From Candidatus Berkiella sp. (GTDB lineage: Bacteria > Pseudomonadota > Gammaproteobacteria > Berkiellales > Berkiellaceae): DNA of 64,000 nt. The DNA lies in assembly GCA_050247135.1 (NCBI GenBank), contig JBFWUT010000002.1:61850-125849 (forward strand), given 5' to 3'. The translations under genes were made by a program, and so were the position numbers. The notes below the pieces were generated by a model. The model had not been told where the DNA came from and did not search any database. It was given only the letters and a program-made list of their open reading frames with translations. Each line of letters begins with the position of its first letter. Within the stretch, counting starts at the first letter, position 1. Shown here piece by piece: positions 8,957 to 18,124 of this stretch.

Positions 8957-11240
8957 TAGAGATTACTCTTGAATTTAAAGGTTGGCTAAGTGGTTTTTTG
9001 CCATATTGTTTGTATTGGTGTAAATCAATTCCCTCTCGTACCGTTTTTGCTTGATACTCTCTTAGCAGACGCCCATCATCTAACCCAAACTGCCTGCAAG
9101 CTATTAAAAATTGCCTCATCGCCTTTATTGACGGCTGAGCAAATGCCGGATGCGTTCCAATGACTTGGGCAATATTGAAAGTCGTGTCCTGTCTTGAGAG
9201 CGTATGCGCAAGAAATAATTCTAAGTCATGCTCATCAAAAGGTTTTGCTGCATTCACTTCTTTTCCCAATTGCGACAATAACCAGCAAAGTCTTTTTTGA
9301 GCAATTGTAACATGCAAAGATGGTTTTAAGTGCTCTGGAATAAATCGCAATAGCAAAAAGGCACGACTCGTCTGCCCGTCGTAGTTGGCAAAAAATTCCC
9401 TGATTCTATTTTGTCTGGCAACGATACTGTGCGATCCATTTTGTGAATAGTGATAAATGTCTGCCCCCTCCAGTAAAATATAATACTCAGCCAATTGTTC
9501 ATCGTTGAAGCGTGCAAAGGTCTTATTAGTTTGATCGTTCAATAATGCTTCCATAGCTTGCTTAGCTTTTCTGATCGCCCCCTTGTGCTGTTGGTACCAT
9601 ACTAAGATCTGATGTTTATGAGGCTTCCCAAGCAAACAAGCAGTTTGAGGTGCTCTAGCAGATAAGGTGTTGAATAGAATTGTCTGGATTGCGAGCAACA
9701 GTTCGGATTCTTTTTTTTGATTACCCAACTTCTTTACCAATTCTACCAATGCAGCCATTGAAAGCTCCCGTTTACCTTGCAACAGTTCGTTAAGCACTCG
9801 TGCGCTCTTGGCTGTGCTGTTTATTTCCCATTGCGTTAACAGCGTTTGCCAACCTTGCAGAATATCATGGCGCAAGACATGTGACCCCCAAGGTTGTTGC
9901 TGCGTGCGATGCTCATGCTTATCAGCCAAGGTAAATTGTGGCAATTGATTTTGCCACAGTGCGGCGATATTAGTTTTTTTCTCAAAATCATCAAGATCGT
10001 CTTTTGTACCCAAGGTAGCTATAAATACTTTTATTTGTAGGTATTGCTTTGCGGATAACAAAGGCAACAACCATGACTTGCCTTGAGACTTTTCGAGCAG
10101 CATGAGTTCTTCTTTAACTCGATAAGTCAAATGCCGAATGAGCCCTTTAATGGCCATCTCTAGCTCAATTTCTTGCTTTTGCAATTTATCGTATACAGCC
10201 CTGGCTTGCGTCTTTAGGCATCTGCCAACTAACAGTTTTTCTGCCATTGTAAATTGTCTCAACTGAGCTTTTAAGGAATTGAAGATCTGCTGTTTTTGCA
10301 AAAGAGTCATTCGCAGCGCCTCGACATCAGCACGAGCGATATCGATAATCACTTGATTCAGCCGATACCCTATCCATTGCTGTGTATGCTCTAAATGATA
10401 GAGAGCTTCCACAATTTGTGATTGTTTTGGCAAGCGCCAATATCCGATAAAGCGCTCCCAAGCATTGACAAGAAATTGTCCTGACAAGCACCAAAACGGA
10501 AACAATCCAACGCCATAAAATAACATGCTAGAAATAAAGGCTAATAGCTTTTCACTCAGGATAAATGCACCAGCCATTGTTACTGCCTGCATTAACAAGA
10601 AATACGCTCCCAGGCTTAACATAAAGTAGCAAAGGTAGCGCAGCTGCCATAGCATGGTTATGGAATTCAACTGTCGTGTGAAGTCAGTGATCCCTGCCTG
10701 TAGGCGGTTGGGCCTCGTTCGTTTGATCGCTAATGCCTCACTGACTTGTTGAGTAAACCCATAAATTTCACTCAACGATTTTTTGATGATTTTAGCTTCC
10801 TTCAATTTTTGATAGGTGCGCTTAGGTATTCGCTGGATAATTCTTTGGTAAAGGAGCTCTTTATTAAAACCCGCTTCCATTAAAATATCGTAGATAATCA
10901 ATCGGCTATCATCGCTCAGTGAAGGACATTGACTCTCTTGTAGCAAGTGCTGATGAATTTTTTTGGTTAATGTGACTATTTTTTGTTGGTTTACGTTGAG
11001 TATTGTCTGATTTTGCTTATCATTCCCTTGGCTCAACAGATAAACGTAACGCTGCGAAAGAGAAAATAAGGGACCCTCTAGTAAAGTCAATAATGCGTTG
11101 ACACTTTGCTGTGCTAATGGTTTAGAGGTGAGTTGTTCATTTATTTTTTCGACTTGGTGGTTATAGAGCACATGGGTGAGCGCAAAAGCAGAGGGCAATT
11201 CAATCGTGTGAAATGTGAGTATTGGCGTGCTTCCCTGCAT
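8931..11240 (-). CDS. large hypothetical membrane-associated protein (769 aa), effector-like
   Basis: No conserved domain that I can recognise. Two adjacent hydrophobic hairpins lie mid-protein (LRYLCYFMLSLGAYFLLMQAVTMAGAFILS...LFYGVGLFPFWCLSGQFLVNAW), flanked by coiled-coil-like regions. It is divergent from a cI-like repressor gene. Confidence 0.5.
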   Translation of the reverse strand: MQGSTPILTFHTIELPSAFALTHVLYNHQVEKINEQLTSKPLAQQSVNALLTLLEGPLFSLSQRYVYLLSQGNDKQNQTILNVNQQKIVTLTKKIHQHLLQESQCPSLSDDSRLIIYDILMEAGFNKELLYQRIIQRIPKRTYQKLKEAKIIKKSLSEIYGFTQQVSEALAIKRTRPNRLQAGITDFTRQLNSITMLWQLRYLCYFMLSLGAYFLLMQAVTMAGAFILSEKLLAFISSMLFYGVGLFPFWCLSGQFLVNAWERFIGYWRLPKQSQIVEALYHLEHTQQWIGYRLNQVIIDIARADVEALRMTLLQKQQIFNSLKAQLRQFTMAEKLLVGRCLKTQARAVYDKLQKQEIELEMAIKGLIRHLTYRVKEELMLLEKSQGKSWLLPLLSAKQYLQIKVFIATLGTKDDLDDFEKKTNIAALWQNQLPQFTLADKHEHRTQQQPWGSHVLRHDILQGWQTLLTQWEINSTAKSARVLNELLQGKRELSMAALVELVKKLGNQKKESELLLAIQTILFNTLSARAPQTACLLGKPHKHQILVWYQQHKGAIRKAKQAMEALLNDQTNKTFARFNDEQLAEYYILLEGADIYHYSQNGSHSIVARQNRIREFFANYDGQTSRAFLLLRFIPEHLKPSLHVTIAQKRLCWLLSQLGKEVNAAKPFDEHDLELFLAHTLSRQDTTFNIAQVIGTHPAFAQPSIKAMRQFLIACRQFGLDDGRLLREYQAKTVREGIDLHQYKQYGKKPLSQPLNSRVISNVSRKNLM

Positions 11241-11376
11241 GATATACGGTTATCCTGCTAACGTAAAAAATTGATTTTCAAGCTGCGGTATGCATTTTGC
11301 AGCATGTTAATTGGTTGTAAATCAAATCGCAACCCATTAGAATGTATGTATAAAACAAACTAAATTCAAATAAGCC

Positions 11377-12000
11377 ATGTCAGTAGAAGCGCCCAATAAA
11401 TTAAAATCGAAAATTTGCGAACGTCTAAAGCAAGCGCGGATTGAAGCCGGCTATTTAACGGCTAAATCTTTCTCAGAGCGCAATAATGTTAAGATATCAA
11501 CCTATGCTCTGCATGAAGCAAGCACGCGTAGCATGTCTTTTGAAATCATTGAACATTACGCCAAACTATTGGGTATCAATGCTTCCTGGTTATTAACCGG
11601 TATCGGTCCTAAAAGCGCACAACATGTTCGAAGCGTTCCTATTATCGACTGGAATGAGGCTCCTTTATTCCCTAAAGGTTTGCTGCTTGAAACCAAAAAA
11701 CATACTTATTCTGATAAAGATCTGAGCCCACAATCTTTCGCGCTCGTTGTTCAAAATGACGCCATGGAGCCACGCTACCCACAAGGCACCGTGATCATTG
11801 TTGACTGCCTCGAGGTGCCCGCAGCGCAGGACTTTGCTGTTATTTTGCCTGCAGACAAAAAAAATGCCCTATTTACGCAATTAGTGACCAAAGATAACCA
11901 GCTCTTTGCCAAACCGTTAAATCCTCGCTATGAAACACTAGCACTTGCCCCTTCAACCCGAAAAATAGGCAAAGTAGTGCAGGCCAAATTGGTTTGCTAA
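11377..12000 (+). CDS. phage cI/LexA-like repressor (N-terminal XRE HTH plus C-terminal S24-peptidase-like domain) with Ala at the catalytic Ser position
   Basis: The N-terminus is an HTH_XRE domain (KSKICERLKQARIEAGYLTAKSFSERNNVKISTYALHE). The C-terminus aligns by eye to the lambda cI autocleavage domain: VVQNDAMEPRYPQGTVIIVD versus [25 protein letters not shown], and KIGKVVQAKL versus VVGKVIASQ. The nucleophile Ser is replaced by Ala; the Lys is conserved. Confidence 0.75.
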   Translation: MSVEAPNKLKSKICERLKQARIEAGYLTAKSFSERNNVKISTYALHEASTRSMSFEIIEHYAKLLGINASWLLTGIGPKSAQHVRSVPIIDWNEAPLFPKGLLLETKKHTYSDKDLSPQSFALVVQNDAMEPRYPQGTVIIVDCLEVPAAQDFAVILPADKKNALFTQLVTKDNQLFAKPLNPRYETLALAPSTRKIGKVVQAKLVC

Positions 12001-12248
12001 AGATCTAGAGTGGCAAGGGTATCTTCACAACCCAATAGATAACCTAACAGGTGGGCGTCTTGCTTTGAGAAGTGCCTGATAAAAGCACTATTACGGGCAA
12101 TTTTGTTGAGTTTGACTTTAAAAACGCGTCCTAGTTTGTTTTTAAAAACAACGACAGTGCCGCGATTTTCTTCATAATGCGACAATAACCTGTATCTATT
12201 TAACCAACTTTTAAAGAATAATATCATGTCGTCATCCTTGTTGCTCAA
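11997..12248 (-). CDS. small hypothetical protein (83 aa)
   Basis: ORF preceded by an A-rich promoter-like region. No motif recognised. Confidence 0.35.
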   Translation of the reverse strand: MSNKDDDMILFFKSWLNRYRLLSHYEENRGTVVVFKNKLGRVFKVKLNKIARNSAFIRHFSKQDAHLLGYLLGCEDTLATLDL

Positions 12249-12334
12249 TCTTCTCTATTCCCTAGAAAATTCAGCCGATTTAAACATAATAAAAAAAAAA
12301 TAAAAGTGTAAATGCAAGAGCATCACTGGATGTG

Positions 12335-12811
12335 TCAAAGCAATGAGAGAAGTCTTTCAAGAGCGATGCTGACCGCTTGTTCGCGGATCTCAGCTCTTTC
12401 GCCACTTAAAGAGAGCAGCACGGCTTGAGGCGCAAAGCTCTGGCTGGCAAAAGCAAGCCACACTGTACCGACCGGCTTTAAAGGTGTGCCACCCGTAGGC
12501 CCTGCAACGCCTGTTACCGCGATACTGACATCAGCCTGACTGTTTGCTAAGGCTCCCTTTGCCATGGCCAAGGCTACCGCTTCACTCACTGCGCCAGCAG
12601 TTGCTAACAGTGCTTGGTCCACATTTAACATTTCTTGCTTTGCTTCATTAGTATAAGTAACAAAACCACGATCAAACCATGCTGAGCTGCCTTCAATTTG
12701 GGTGACAGCATAAGCAATACCACCACCCGTGCAAGACTCTGCAGTCACTAACTTGTAACCCTTTTCTTTTAATTTAAGCCCAACTTGCCTTGCAATATTT
12801 TCTGCGATCAA
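12335..12811 (-). CDS. CinA C-terminal domain protein / nicotinamide-nucleotide amidohydrolase PncC-like
   Basis: N-terminal hallmark LVTAESCTGGGIAYAVTQIEGSS of the CinA C-terminal (PncC) family. 158 aa. Its start overlaps the upstream MFS gene stop by 4 nt. Confidence 0.8.
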   Translation of the reverse strand: MIAENIARQVGLKLKEKGYKLVTAESCTGGGIAYAVTQIEGSSAWFDRGFVTYTNEAKQEMLNVDQALLATAGAVSEAVALAMAKGALANSQADVSIAVTGVAGPTGGTPLKPVGTVWLAFASQSFAPQAVLLSLSGERAEIREQAVSIALERLLSLL

Positions 12812-14085
12812 ACCATTTTTCCCTGCACATTCAGTGCTTTTCGCTTTTTATCTTGAAGCGCTAAAAAGAAGTATCCCACACTGGCTAATAAAAGCCCTGC
12901 TGGGATCACCATTAAACCCTGAGTATAGGCACTCGCATCATAATAAGGCACCCCCTCAGATAAGAAACGGCCATCCCATTTGGACTTCATGATTTCACCA
13001 ATCGCACTATGGAATACAAAACCAAAAGTCATAATGATCATGTTGGCACAAGCGGTTGTTAAACCAACCAAATTTTCTCCTACAAAGGTGCTGGCTAAAT
13101 AGATGGCTAAAATTTGATAAGCACAAAACACACCCACCACCACAAAAAGCACGCTCAACCACACTTTAGGTACATCGCCTGTTAATAAGAAAATGAAAGC
13201 CAATCCCATTATCACACCGCTTAAAATGATAAAACCAAAATAAGCGTTCGTTTTTGCGGTAATCCAACTCAACAAGGGCGAGCCAAAACACATCCCTAAA
13301 AAGATTAATGATGGCAAGGAAGCTGCAACACTATCACTTAATTGGTAAACCGATTTCAGGTATTCTTTGCCCCAAACATCCGCGAAACCTTCAAGTGGTC
13401 CTACCATTAATCCCGCAAAAAAGCATACCAACACAATTTGCGGATTGGTTAGCACTGTTTTAACGCTCATCCACCAACTTTCATTTTGTTGTAAAATCGG
13501 CTGCTTAGGAACAATGCAATATGTGGCAATAGCCATCGCAAAGCCAATTAAAATGATCGCTTGCACCACAGCTTCCCAGCCAAAAATATGGATTAATTTA
13601 TTGACCGGCTGACCACCATAAATTGCCCCAATAAGGCCAATAGTCACTGAAAATCCTAATAATAAGGTAAAGCGCTCTTCCTTAAACGACATGCGAATAA
13701 TTTTAAAGACACCCAAAATAGCCGCAGAAGATCCCATACCAATCATTAAGCGACCTAATGCCGGATAAATCCAATCATCAGCGAATAACAACGGCAATAA
13801 CCCAGCGACGGTTAATACCATACAAACTGGCAAAATACGTTTAGGGCCGTATCTATCTAAGAGAATACCAACTGGAATATGCATGCCGGCATAACCGATA
13901 TAATAAAGGCCAGAATATTGGCCAAATTTAGCCGCATCCATATGAAATTTTTCGAGAATATCAATCATCATGATATTGGGCAATACGCGCAGAATATATT
14001 GATAAGCATAAAAAAATGAGGCCAAAAGCCACATAGACCAAATCGTAATTGTACTCTTTTGCTGCATAGCGCTAGTCCCGGACAA
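12808..14085 (-). CDS. MFS transporter
   Basis: 425 aa with about 12 predicted TM segments. MFS-like N-terminal helix and loop 2-3 (GILLDRYGPKRIL). Confidence 0.75.
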   Translation of the reverse strand: MSGTSAMQQKSTITIWSMWLLASFFYAYQYILRVLPNIMMIDILEKFHMDAAKFGQYSGLYYIGYAGMHIPVGILLDRYGPKRILPVCMVLTVAGLLPLLFADDWIYPALGRLMIGMGSSAAILGVFKIIRMSFKEERFTLLLGFSVTIGLIGAIYGGQPVNKLIHIFGWEAVVQAIILIGFAMAIATYCIVPKQPILQQNESWWMSVKTVLTNPQIVLVCFFAGLMVGPLEGFADVWGKEYLKSVYQLSDSVAASLPSLIFLGMCFGSPLLSWITAKTNAYFGFIILSGVIMGLAFIFLLTGDVPKVWLSVLFVVVGVFCAYQILAIYLASTFVGENLVGLTTACANMIIMTFGFVFHSAIGEIMKSKWDGRFLSEGVPYYDASAYTQGLMVIPAGLLLASVGYFFLALQDKKRKALNVQGKMV

Positions 14086-14386
14086 AAACAGTTAAGTTAA
14101 ATATTAAGTTAAAATTGTAGCGATAAAATAAAATGATTCTTAGCTGCTAAGGCAGCTAAGCAGGAGACGAGCATAATGTAAGTAATTTATCTTCATTTTC
14201 ATGGATTTTACCTTAGCAATTTCTATTCTCAAAGACAAGCTGCAGACAACAAGTTAGCTATTGAAATACGATAAATGGCTATGAACGACGATAGACGCAA
14301 AAGGTGCCCAAGGAATAATTGGCACCGATGAGTTGTTGAATTACACTATTCTTCTATTAGATTAATTCATTGTAGGAATGCTCTAG

Positions 14387-14926
14387 ATGAAACGGATGCT
14401 CACCTTTCTTGCTCTGTTGATATTAACCCTATCAACACCTGCCTATTCTTTAAATGAAGACGCTGAGCAACAACATAAAACCAAGCTCATCCGCTATCTC
14501 GTCAATAAAGTAAGTTGGCCAGCAGGCTCCGTTCCTAGAAGTCGTTTTAATGTTTGCGTTCTGGGAGATCCAGGCGATATCAAAATAGTTGAAAAACTAA
14601 ATGGCCTAAAAATCAAAAAGCATAAACTCGTTGTGAAAGATATCTCAGGATATGACAAGGCAGCCTCTTGCCAACTCGTGTATGTTTTGAACAAAACAAC
14701 TCCCGAACAACAAACACTGATTAAAAAATATGCCAAAGCCCCCGTGCTGCTGTTGGGTGATATGGAGCACTTTGCCAATCTGGGAGGTTCGATGAATTTT
14801 GTGGTTCTCAAAAATACGGTGGCACTCACTGTGAATTTAGAAAGCATGAAAAGATCCAAACTTATTTTGGACAGCAAAGAGCTCGATCAAGTCATCTTAT
14901 TGCCTGACGAAAAAGACTTAGAATAA
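14387..14926 (+). CDS. YfiR-like (DUF4154) periplasmic protein, orphan
   Basis: Signal peptide MKRMLTFLALLILTLSTPAYS. Conserved YfiR-family pattern: YLVNKVSWP...FNVCVLGD...CQLVYVL...PVLLLGDMEHFANLGGSMNFVV...LTVNLESMKRSKLILDSKEL. No yfiN (GGDEF) or yfiB gene is adjacent. Confidence 0.65.
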   Translation: MKRMLTFLALLILTLSTPAYSLNEDAEQQHKTKLIRYLVNKVSWPAGSVPRSRFNVCVLGDPGDIKIVEKLNGLKIKKHKLVVKDISGYDKAASCQLVYVLNKTTPEQQTLIKKYAKAPVLLLGDMEHFANLGGSMNFVVLKNTVALTVNLESMKRSKLILDSKELDQVILLPDEKDLE

Positions 14927-15004
14927 TTTCAGGTGTGCCTACACTTCTTTGCATTGTAGTGTTTTACTCTTTCTGCCGATAACAAAACAGTATCATCACA
15001 TTAC

Positions 15005-15346
15005 ATGGGTACTGATATGTTAGGTCGATCTATCATTGTATCGCTCTTAGGTGTCTTCCTTGCCCTAGCGCCTTTGACATCGCACAGTCAATATTATTTG
15101 GGAAATCCTGAATATCCCACCCAATTATCCAACGATGAAGTGCGCGAATTGATGATCCAAATGAGTATCAATCGAGCAGGAAAATGTGCATGCCCCTATA
15201 GCCCCGATGAAATAGGGGGTATTTGTGGTACAGAGTGTGCTTATTATCGCCCGGGCGGATTTAAGGTTTACTGCTTCTTGAGAGATATTTCTTCAGAGCA
15301 AGTCTACTTCTGGAAATTGAAGTACGCGACGCCGCGCTCCCGTTAA
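15005..15346 (+). CDS. small secreted cysteine-containing protein (113 aa)
   Basis: N-terminal signal-like hydrophobic segment, then GKCACPYSPDEIGGICGTECAYYRPGGFKVYCF, which has 6 Cys. Confidence 0.45.
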   Translation: MGTDMLGRSIIVSLLGVFLALAPLTSHSQYYLGNPEYPTQLSNDEVRELMIQMSINRAGKCACPYSPDEIGGICGTECAYYRPGGFKVYCFLRDISSEQVYFWKLKYATPRSR

Positions 15347-15399
15347 CTCTTTTCAATCGAGCTTATGTGTGTTTTAGTTTAGTGATGTGAGTATACACA

Positions 15400-15576
15400 T
15401 CATTTAGAATTGGGTTGTTGGCAGATCTGACATTCATTAGAAAGATTGAGTTCAATGTACCAATCTAGCTCCTCATCCCAGTATTTCTCTAAGAAAAGTT
15501 GCTTGCAGCGGATGCATTCTTTCCAGCAATCATCAAGTGTTGCCGTACAATTCTCAGAAAGCTGAGTATCCACCAT
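15400..15576 (-). CDS. candidate unannotated Cys-rich micro-protein (58 aa; below the ORF-track cutoff)
   Basis: My translation of the minus strand gives MVDTQLSENCTATLDDCWKECIRCKQLFLEKYWDEELDWYIELNLSNECQICQQPNSK. The paired Cys residues (C-x6-C-x3-C-x2-C ... C-x2-C) suggest a zinc ribbon. The RBS is weak. Confidence 0.25.
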   Translation of the reverse strand: MVDTQLSENCTATLDDCWKECIRCKQLFLEKYWDEELDWYIELNLSNECQICQQPNSK

Positions 15577-15848
15577 TTTTTTTACCTATCTTCTACTTCA
15601 CGTGGCGAAAGTTTATACGCAATCAAATCGAAATGGAATCATTACATTCACGAAGTTTAATTGCTTAAATACACGTCTCGCTGCAAGGAATCTTAACTCT
15701 ACAAAGCTTCTAGGGATTAAATTTATCCTCTTCATCTCCCCAAAATCTCTATCTGATGCAACTACAGATATATAATATTTTAGTTGAATAGATATATTTT
15801 ATTTGTTACCCTTGCGTTCGTTTCATGCTGACTTAATGAGGGAAACAA

Positions 15849-17030
15849 ATGGAAATGCTTATCCCGATGGCAACCGATGGCTTTTCGATGGAAACCAATT
15901 TTGTATTTGCCCCCCTCTTTGTTGCACCTATTGCCTCTTTCCAAACAGCTCAAGATGAATACAGCTCTCACATTGTACCTTGTGCAGCTTATGATATTGG
16001 CTCCGGTGCAACCAAATTCATGGGAGCTCTCGTCAATACGGAATCGCTAACTATTGAGCAAATTTTTAGCCAAGGCAATTTTAACGTTCCCTATCGCGAA
16101 GATCTTTACCAATCAAATAATCATACTTTTTCAGATCTTATTCAAGAAATGGGATTAAAAGCTCTGGTTGATGCGCATTATCAAATTGAGCAGGATTATC
16201 ATCATGCTGGGTTAGCGCAATATGGTGATATCCAGCATTTTGCTGTTGCGACGGCTGCTTTTCGTGCAGCTGATAATGGTGAATTAGTTGCTGAATATTT
16301 TAGCGACAAGCTAGATATGCCTGTTCGTATTATTTCACAAGAAGAAGAAGGCAAATTAGCTTATTACAGCGCACTTACCCAACCTCATCCTGATGGCACC
16401 TTGCCGATTGTTTGGGATATCGGCGGTGGCAGTATGCAGTTAACCTTTAAAGATGTTACTGATCACTTTCATGTGATGCAAGGTGAAGTGGCCTCACAAA
16501 CTTTTCAAGCTTTAGTAGGTGAAAAAGTGCTTGGCTTTGGAGATGGTAGCCACTCGCCTAATCCAATGAAAGAAAGTGATGTTGAAGCAGCCATTGCTTT
16601 AGCCAAACAAACATTGCAATTTGACCCTGCGACTACAGCCATTATTAAAAATCAAATAAGTGATCAAACACCTGTTTTGGCTGTTGGCACTGTGCATAAT
16701 TTTTCTATTCAACCTTTGTGTACTTTTGCAGGTATTGATGCCAGCAAAGACCATTATTCTAAACATGATCTTCTGTTAGCAATTGATTTATTAACCGATA
16801 AAACTGATCAACAAATCATGCATTTGAATAATTTGCCAAACATTGACTTGGCCAAGAATCAACTAACTAATCTAATATTAGTCTATGCCATGATGGATCT
16901 GATGGGCATTGAAAACGTACAAACCGTCAAAAGTTCTAACGTAGAAGGCTTGTTGATTATGAACGCACCAACCAAACAGCCGCTTGCTTCGCCGATTATT
17001 GCTCATCCACAGGAGCTTTATTATGCCTAA
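15849..17030 (+). CDS. Ppx/GppA-family phosphatase (ASKHA fold)
   Basis: Motifs AAYDIGSGATKF (phosphate 1), VATAAFRAADNGELV, RIISQEEEGKLAYYSAL and IVWDIGGGSMQL (phosphate 2 / adenosine) are characteristic of the Ppx/GppA N-terminal domains. 393 aa. Confidence 0.7.
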   Translation: MEMLIPMATDGFSMETNFVFAPLFVAPIASFQTAQDEYSSHIVPCAAYDIGSGATKFMGALVNTESLTIEQIFSQGNFNVPYREDLYQSNNHTFSDLIQEMGLKALVDAHYQIEQDYHHAGLAQYGDIQHFAVATAAFRAADNGELVAEYFSDKLDMPVRIISQEEEGKLAYYSALTQPHPDGTLPIVWDIGGGSMQLTFKDVTDHFHVMQGEVASQTFQALVGEKVLGFGDGSHSPNPMKESDVEAAIALAKQTLQFDPATTAIIKNQISDQTPVLAVGTVHNFSIQPLCTFAGIDASKDHYSKHDLLLAIDLLTDKTDQQIMHLNNLPNIDLAKNQLTNLILVYAMMDLMGIENVQTVKSSNVEGLLIMNAPTKQPLASPIIAHPQELYYA

Positions 17031-17286
17031 TCTATTTTGCGACCTGACGCAAAAAGCTTCTGAAATAGCCTGCAGTAATCTAATAGAACCTTGTACCAAT
17101 AATATTTTTAATCGCCTGGCTTGTTTATTTGAGTCAAATTCTGAGTGTGAAACGCTAACGAATGCTATCTGCGACACCGCTTTTACAGAATGTCCTAAGG
17201 TATGGCTAAGACAATATGCCTTACCTATCGTGATAGCTGGCGCCGCCATCTTAACCGCAGCAATACTTTGCCGGCCACGACGATGA
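17023..17286 (+). CDS. small Cys-rich protein with C-terminal hydrophobic anchor (87 aa), translationally coupled
   Basis: The ATG at 17023 overlaps the ppx-like stop (ATGCCTAA) and has a good SD (AGGAG at -8). There are 8 Cys (CDL..C..C..C..C..C..C) plus the C-terminal hydrophobic stretch LPIVIAGAAILTAAILC. Its stop overlaps the next start (ATGA). Confidence 0.5.
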   Translation: MPNLFCDLTQKASEIACSNLIEPCTNNIFNRLACLFESNSECETLTNAICDTAFTECPKVWLRQYALPIVIAGAAILTAAILCRPRR

Positions 17287-18041
17287 CAATCCGGCACTTT
17301 TTTCTCTTCGTTACGGTTATCGTCAATTTGTTAATCAGTGGATTAGCGCAAGGTTATGCCGCGCTTATTTTTGATTGCGATGGCGTATTGGTCGACAGTG
17401 AAGAGCTGAAGTTTAAAGCTTGGCAAACCGCTCTCAAAGAACAAGCGATCGACTTTAAAGAAAATGAATATCTGCCGATGGTAGGTTATGATTCAGCACA
17501 CATTGCTAAAGCTATTGCCTTGAGTAAATCGATGCCTTTTGATCAGAAAGCGATCATAAAGAGAAAAGATCAAGTTTATGATCAATTACAAAAACAAGGC
17601 GTTACGCCATTACCTGATGCCTTAAGTTTCCTCAAATTAGCGATTGCCAGAAAAGAAGAACTAGACTTAAAAATTGCCATTGCTTCCAGTGCGCCCAAAG
17701 CTGAAATCTTAGAGAATCTGCATCAATTAGGCATTGACCCTAATAGCTTCGATTTTATTATTTCTGGTAAAGATGATCTAAAACACATTCATGATCCAGA
17801 AGGTGTGAACAAACCGAAACCTTATATCTACCAAGTGTGTGCAAAAGCTTTAGGGATAGAGCCTTCACAATGTTTGGTTTTTGAAGATAGTCAGGCAGGC
17901 GTCACTGCCGCAACATTAGCAGGCATGAATGTAATCGCTATTCCCAATCGTTTTACCCAAAATCAAGATTTTAGCTGCGCATTGAAAATAACTGCCTTTA
18001 AAGAGCTGGATCAATGCTATCCCTTTGGCAACTGCGCATAA
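17283..18041 (+). CDS. HAD-superfamily phosphatase with N-terminal signal peptide/TM (probably exported)
   Basis: The ATG at 17283 overlaps the previous stop by 4 nt (ATGA). A signal-like segment MTIRHFFLFVTVIVNLLISGLAQG is followed directly by the HAD motif I, IFDCDGVL. The ORF-track start at 17202 would overlap the upstream gene. Confidence 0.7.
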   Translation: MTIRHFFLFVTVIVNLLISGLAQGYAALIFDCDGVLVDSEELKFKAWQTALKEQAIDFKENEYLPMVGYDSAHIAKAIALSKSMPFDQKAIIKRKDQVYDQLQKQGVTPLPDALSFLKLAIARKEELDLKIAIASSAPKAEILENLHQLGIDPNSFDFIISGKDDLKHIHDPEGVNKPKPYIYQVCAKALGIEPSQCLVFEDSQAGVTAATLAGMNVIAIPNRFTQNQDFSCALKITAFKELDQCYPFGNCA

Positions 18042-18124
18042 ACCTCCCTCTCTAATGCTAGTTGAAGATTACTTATATTTGTTCTAATTATATTAAATGA
18101 GTTCATATATTAAAGGGTTATAAA

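Noticed and set aside
11377-12248. Prophage or prophage remnant around the cI-like repressor
   Set aside because: No integrase, Cro-like partner, or capsid/tail/terminase genes are present within several kb. I treated it as a stand-alone regulator.
14494-14877. 127 aa minus-strand ORF inside the YfiR-like gene
   Set aside because: It is nested and antisense to a gene with a clear family signature and signal peptide.
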